This document shows positions 7,992 through 10,626 of a stretch of DNA of 10,626 nucleotides, one piece after another. The position numbers and the translations under genes were made by a program. This DNA is from a virus. Taxonomy: Duplodnaviria > Heunggongvirae > Uroviricota > Caudoviricetes. Within the stretch, counting starts at the first letter, position 1. Every line of letters begins with the position of its first letter. The notes beneath the pieces were generated by a model. It did not search any database. It had not been told where the DNA came from and saw only the letters and a program-made list of their open reading frames with translations. The DNA lies in the IMG/VR virus record IMGVR_UViG_3300023487_000117, positions 1 to 10,626 of that record; one strand, written 5' to 3'.

Positions 7992-9089
7992 GAAATTTAC
8001 ACGGATTAGCTCAGTAGCGAGTCGATCTCCCTTGAACTTATGATCTATCTCCTCTAAATCCTGTTTCTCTACGATTGATGCGATGTACGCCGAAAAACTG
8101 TTTAAGGCGTCTCGCATCTCGTCTATATAATCGTGTCGATCGTATACTCGATCTATCCCCTCAAGACTGTGGTTCATAATTTTGCGGGATACCTCCTGAC
8201 TTATGCCTAACGCGGGGAAGTAACTACGCGCAGTACGACGCAAATCTCGGGGGGTAAATGGCTCAAGCTCCATCAACTCTGGACGTTCTAAAATCCTTCT
8301 CAACGCCTGTGATATGGCCACCTTAGACATTGGCACATCCTCACCCTGTTTCTTGTTTGAAGGAACAAGCCACTGGCTGCCTTTTCCGTATTTGATCAGC
8401 TCCTCAACACATTTGCGCATTAGCGGGCTTAATGGTAACGAGTGCTGGCGAGCCGATTTATTCCTCGTTCCTTGATTCCATAAATTATATTCGAGGTTGA
8501 ATTCTGATCTTTTAGCCCGGAGCACTTCATCTGGTCGTCTGGCCGCTACAAGGCATAATCTGGCCGCCCACTTTGTACCCTCACATACGTTGAAGTAGTC
8601 CCATACATTCCAAAAGACCCAGACCTCTGCGTCGGTCAGTTTGCGCTCACGCGGCGTGGGCTTCGCGCCACCGGCTACTCTGTTAAGCGACATATCGTTC
8701 AATGGGGATGTATCAATTAAGCCCTGAAATGCACACCAACTGAGAAACTGCTTCATCAGCGAGAACACACGTCTGCCCTGGACGATCTTGCCCTCAAGTA
8801 TTAATGGGTTCACCAGCTGGTTGACTAAAACCCTACTAATGTCACTTACTTTTACTTCACAGATATGCGGCATTACATGTATCAAAATACAATGAACAGC
8901 TATTTCAGGTCGACGTCTCGTTATCAGCAAAGATAAGCGAGTGAATAACATGAATGCGGAAGAAAACGACATGTCACCGTCGAAATTGGTGGTCGACACT
9001 GCTGACAAACCGGAAGCGCGTTCGAGATACTCGATGGCTTCTCTAGAGGTGTTTTCTGCTGCGCGTGCTTTATCAAAAGTGTTTTTCAT
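7986..9089 (-). CDS. int: Tyrosine site-specific recombinase / integrase (up to 367 aa)
   Basis: Catalytic signature box I LVAARRPDEV and C-terminal TPRDLRRTARSYFPALGIS...IMNHSLEGIDRVYDRHDY (R, H-x-x-R, Y). N-terminal ~90 aa do not resemble a P4-type arm-binding domain, so the true start may be internal. Confidence 0.85.
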   Translation of the reverse strand: MKNTFDKARAAENTSREAIEYLERASGLSAVSTTNFDGDMSFSSAFMLFTRLSLLITRRRPEIAVHCILIHVMPHICEVKVSDISRVLVNQLVNPLILEGKIVQGRRVFSLMKQFLSWCAFQGLIDTSPLNDMSLNRVAGGAKPTPRERKLTDAEVWVFWNVWDYFNVCEGTKWAARLCLVAARRPDEVLRAKRSEFNLEYNLWNQGTRNKSARQHSLPLSPLMRKCVEELIKYGKGSQWLVPSNKKQGEDVPMSKVAISQALRRILERPELMELEPFTPRDLRRTARSYFPALGISQEVSRKIMNHSLEGIDRVYDRHDYIDEMRDALNSFSAYIASIVEKQDLEEIDHKFKGDRLATELIRVNFS

Positions 9090-9117
9090 AGTCCACTCAC
9101 TGAGTTAAGCCTGTTTT

Positions 9118-9137
9118 TACTGTATTTATAAACAGTA
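9118..9137. promoter_or_regulatory. LexA (SOS) box, near consensus
   Basis: TACTGTATTTATAAACAGTA matches the E. coli consensus TACTG(TA)5CAGTA at 18/20 positions, with CTGT-N8-ACAG intact. It sits 29-48 bp upstream of the integrase ATG. Confidence 0.6.
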
Positions 9138-9187
9138 TGTTGGGCCTAAGTTTTTGTATGATCAACAGTAAAATAGACTGTTTTTGA

Positions 9188-9222
9188 AAATGATTCCATA
9201 CCTTACAAGTATGGAATCATTT
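9188..9222. terminator. Bidirectional intrinsic-terminator-like hairpin
   Basis: Perfect 11-bp stem TGATTCCATAC (9191-9201) / GTATGGAATCA (9209-9219), 7-nt loop CTTACAA, flanked by AAAA on the 5' side and TTTAT on the 3' side (U-tract in both orientations). Confidence 0.45.
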
Positions 9223-9389
9223 ATATAGCTTACGTAAATTCTGAATATATTATGTAGACAAACCATCTTAAACGCTAAATAGTAAAAAGCGCCTAATAAC
9301 GCCAACTTTGGAATGCCATCTGAGCCAGATTGATGAGAATGATTTGTTAGAAGAAAAAGAATGATGAAGAAGATGACGATCGCTAAAGT

Positions 9390-9737
9390 TCAGCTAGAAT
9401 GGAAACCTTCTGCGACTTCAGCGAAGTAGCTGAGCAACCTAGTATCTCTTGCTGGCATACGATCGTGAGCTGGAGTGACTAGCCCCATCAGCAAAAAACG
9501 CCCGCTATCCCACATGTGCTCGGTATAAACGAGATAGTGGTTTGAGGTTCGGTTGTAGTTCTCTTGCCTTGCGTTCCAGGTAAGCTGGAAATGCAAATTG
9601 ACGTGAATATGCTGGACATTAGCATCAACGGCGAACGGCGGGAAGTCAAATGGCGCATCTCGTCCAAGAAGATTAGATGGTGCGCCAGTTGATTTGTAAG
9701 TAATGGGGTCTGAGGGCCAATGGAACGAAAACGTACG
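9390..9737 (-). pseudogene. Start-less open frame (~116 codons), likely remnant of a truncated gene
   Basis: Frame open from the stop at 9738-9740 to the stop at 9390 with protein-like composition (...DAPFDFPPFAVDANVQHIHVNLHFQLTWNARQENYNRTSNHYLVYTEHMWDSGRFLLMGLVTPAHDRMPARDTRLLSYFAEVAEGFHSS). No ATG; the only start is a TTG at 9596. Family not recognised. Confidence 0.25.
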
Positions 9738-9904
9738 CTAAGGAAATAACCAATTGTTATAATTGATATTATTCATTCTTCTCTATGAACTGAAAGCCCG
9801 CACTAAGCAATGTTTTAGCCTCAAATGACTTTTTTACCTACCCAACTAACGTAACGATCGCACATCAGGTCGTTTTTCAACCGCATAGTGACACCTGCAC
9901 TCAC

Positions 9905-9960
9905 ATGCGAGAAAACACATATGATTTTGACTTCTTGTTTTGGTGGAGAGACAATACCCA
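9905..9960 (+). promoter_or_regulatory. ars promoter/operator region
   Basis: -35-like TTGACT at 9927-9932 inside CATATGATTTTGACTT, which resembles the R773 ars promoter/ArsR operator as recalled. -10-like GACAAT at 9950-9955. RBS GGAG 6 nt before the arsR ATG. Confidence 0.4.
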
Positions 9961-9979
9961 TTCATAGCAGGAGTACATA

Positions 9980-10333
9980 ATGCCAGAAATTGCATCCCTA
10001 CAACTTTTCAAAATACTATCTGATGAAACCCGCCTGGGTATCGTGCTACTGCTCAGGGAGATGGGGGAGCTGTGCGTATGCGATCTCTGCACAGCGCTGG
10101 AACAATCACAACCCAAGACCTCCCGCCATCTGGCGATGCTTCGGGAAAGTGGCCTGTTGCTGGATCGCAAGCAGGGGAAATGGGTTCATTATCGCTTATC
10201 CCCGCATATTCCTTCCTGGGCTGCCCTGGTGATTGAGCAGGCCTGGTTAAGTCAACAGGACGACGTACAGGCCATCGCCCGTAAGCTGGCATCCGCCAAC
10301 TGCTCTGGCAGCGGTAAGGCTGTTTGTATCTAA
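9980..10333 (+). CDS. arsR: ArsR arsenical-resistance operon repressor (117 aa)
   Basis: Near-identical by eye to R773-type ArsR: LQLFKILSDETRLGIVLLLREMGELCVCDLCTALEQSQPKTSRHLAMLRESGLLLDRKQGKWVHYRL, metal-binding ELCVCDLC and C-terminal CSGSGKAVCI. Confidence 0.95.
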   Translation: MPEIASLQLFKILSDETRLGIVLLLREMGELCVCDLCTALEQSQPKTSRHLAMLRESGLLLDRKQGKWVHYRLSPHIPSWAALVIEQAWLSQQDDVQAIARKLASANCSGSGKAVCI

Positions 10334-10380
10334 AAATTTTGCCTGTACATATATGTTTTTACGAATATGATGTGTTAAAG

Positions 10381-10626
10381 ATGAAAATGTTAACGGTGTT
10401 TGATCCGGCGATGTGCTGCAGTACCGGCGTTTGTGGTTCAGATGTCGATCAGGTTTTGGTCAATTTTTCTGCTGATGTGCAATGGCTGAAAGGGCGTGGG
10501 GTTCAGATCGAACGTTATAACCTGGCGCAGCAGCCTATGAGCTTCGTTGAGAACGAAAAAGCGAAAGCATTCCTTGAGGCTTCTGGAGCTGAAGGGCTTC
10601 CGCTGCTGTTGCTTGATGGTGAAACG
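10381..10626 (+). CDS. arsD: ArsD arsenic metallochaperone/repressor, 5' part (first 82 codons; truncated by window end)
   Basis: ATG at 10381 in frame to the window end: MKMLTVFDPAMCCSTGVCGSDVDQVLVNFSADVQWLKGRGVQIERYNLAQQPMSFVENEKAKAFLEASGAEGLPLLLLDGET, with the ArsD Cys12-Cys13-Cys18 motif. Confidence 0.9.
   Translation, partial: MKMLTVFDPAMCCSTGVCGSDVDQVLVNFSADVQWLKGRGVQIERYNLAQQPMSFVENEKAKAFLEASGAEGLPLLLLDGET

Noticed and set aside
9158-9187. 9-codon ORF (MINSKIDCF) downstream of the LexA box as a type I toxin
   Set aside because: Too short and not hydrophobic or membrane-like. Noted only as part of the possible small RNA region.
9361-9429. 22-codon plus-strand ORF (MMKKMTIAKVQLEWKPSATSAK)
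   Set aside because: No convincing RBS, overlaps the 3' end of the minus-strand remnant frame, and has no recognisable features.
9090-9979. tRNA or tmRNA gene as the integration target next to the integrase
   Set aside because: No tRNA-like conserved T-arm sequence or CCA-end context was recognised by eye. This cannot be excluded without a tRNA scan.

Overview
This window reads as the edge of a mobile genetic element next to an arsenic-resistance operon. Positions 37-7345 carry a tightly packed minus-strand gene block: an optional 70-aa ORF, a CobT-like vWA protein with a long acidic linker, a CobS-like (MoxR-type) AAA+ ATPase, and a DnaE-family (Pol III alpha-like) polymerase. An AT-rich divergent control region (7346-7601) separates it from a small XRE-type HTH regulator (7602-7991, +), which converges tail-to-tail on a tyrosine recombinase/integrase (7986-9089, -). 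Upstream of the integrase lies a gene-poor ~890-bp stretch with a near-consensus LexA (SOS) box, a strong bidirectional terminator-like hairpin and a start-less gene remnant. The window ends with an R773-type arsR and the 5' part of arsD (truncated by the window edge). No tRNA, rRNA or CRISPR array was recognised. The main candidate for a new system is the CobT/CobS/DnaE-like module. All homology calls are from reading motifs by eye; no database search was run, and hand-placed motif coordinates may be off by 1-2 nt.
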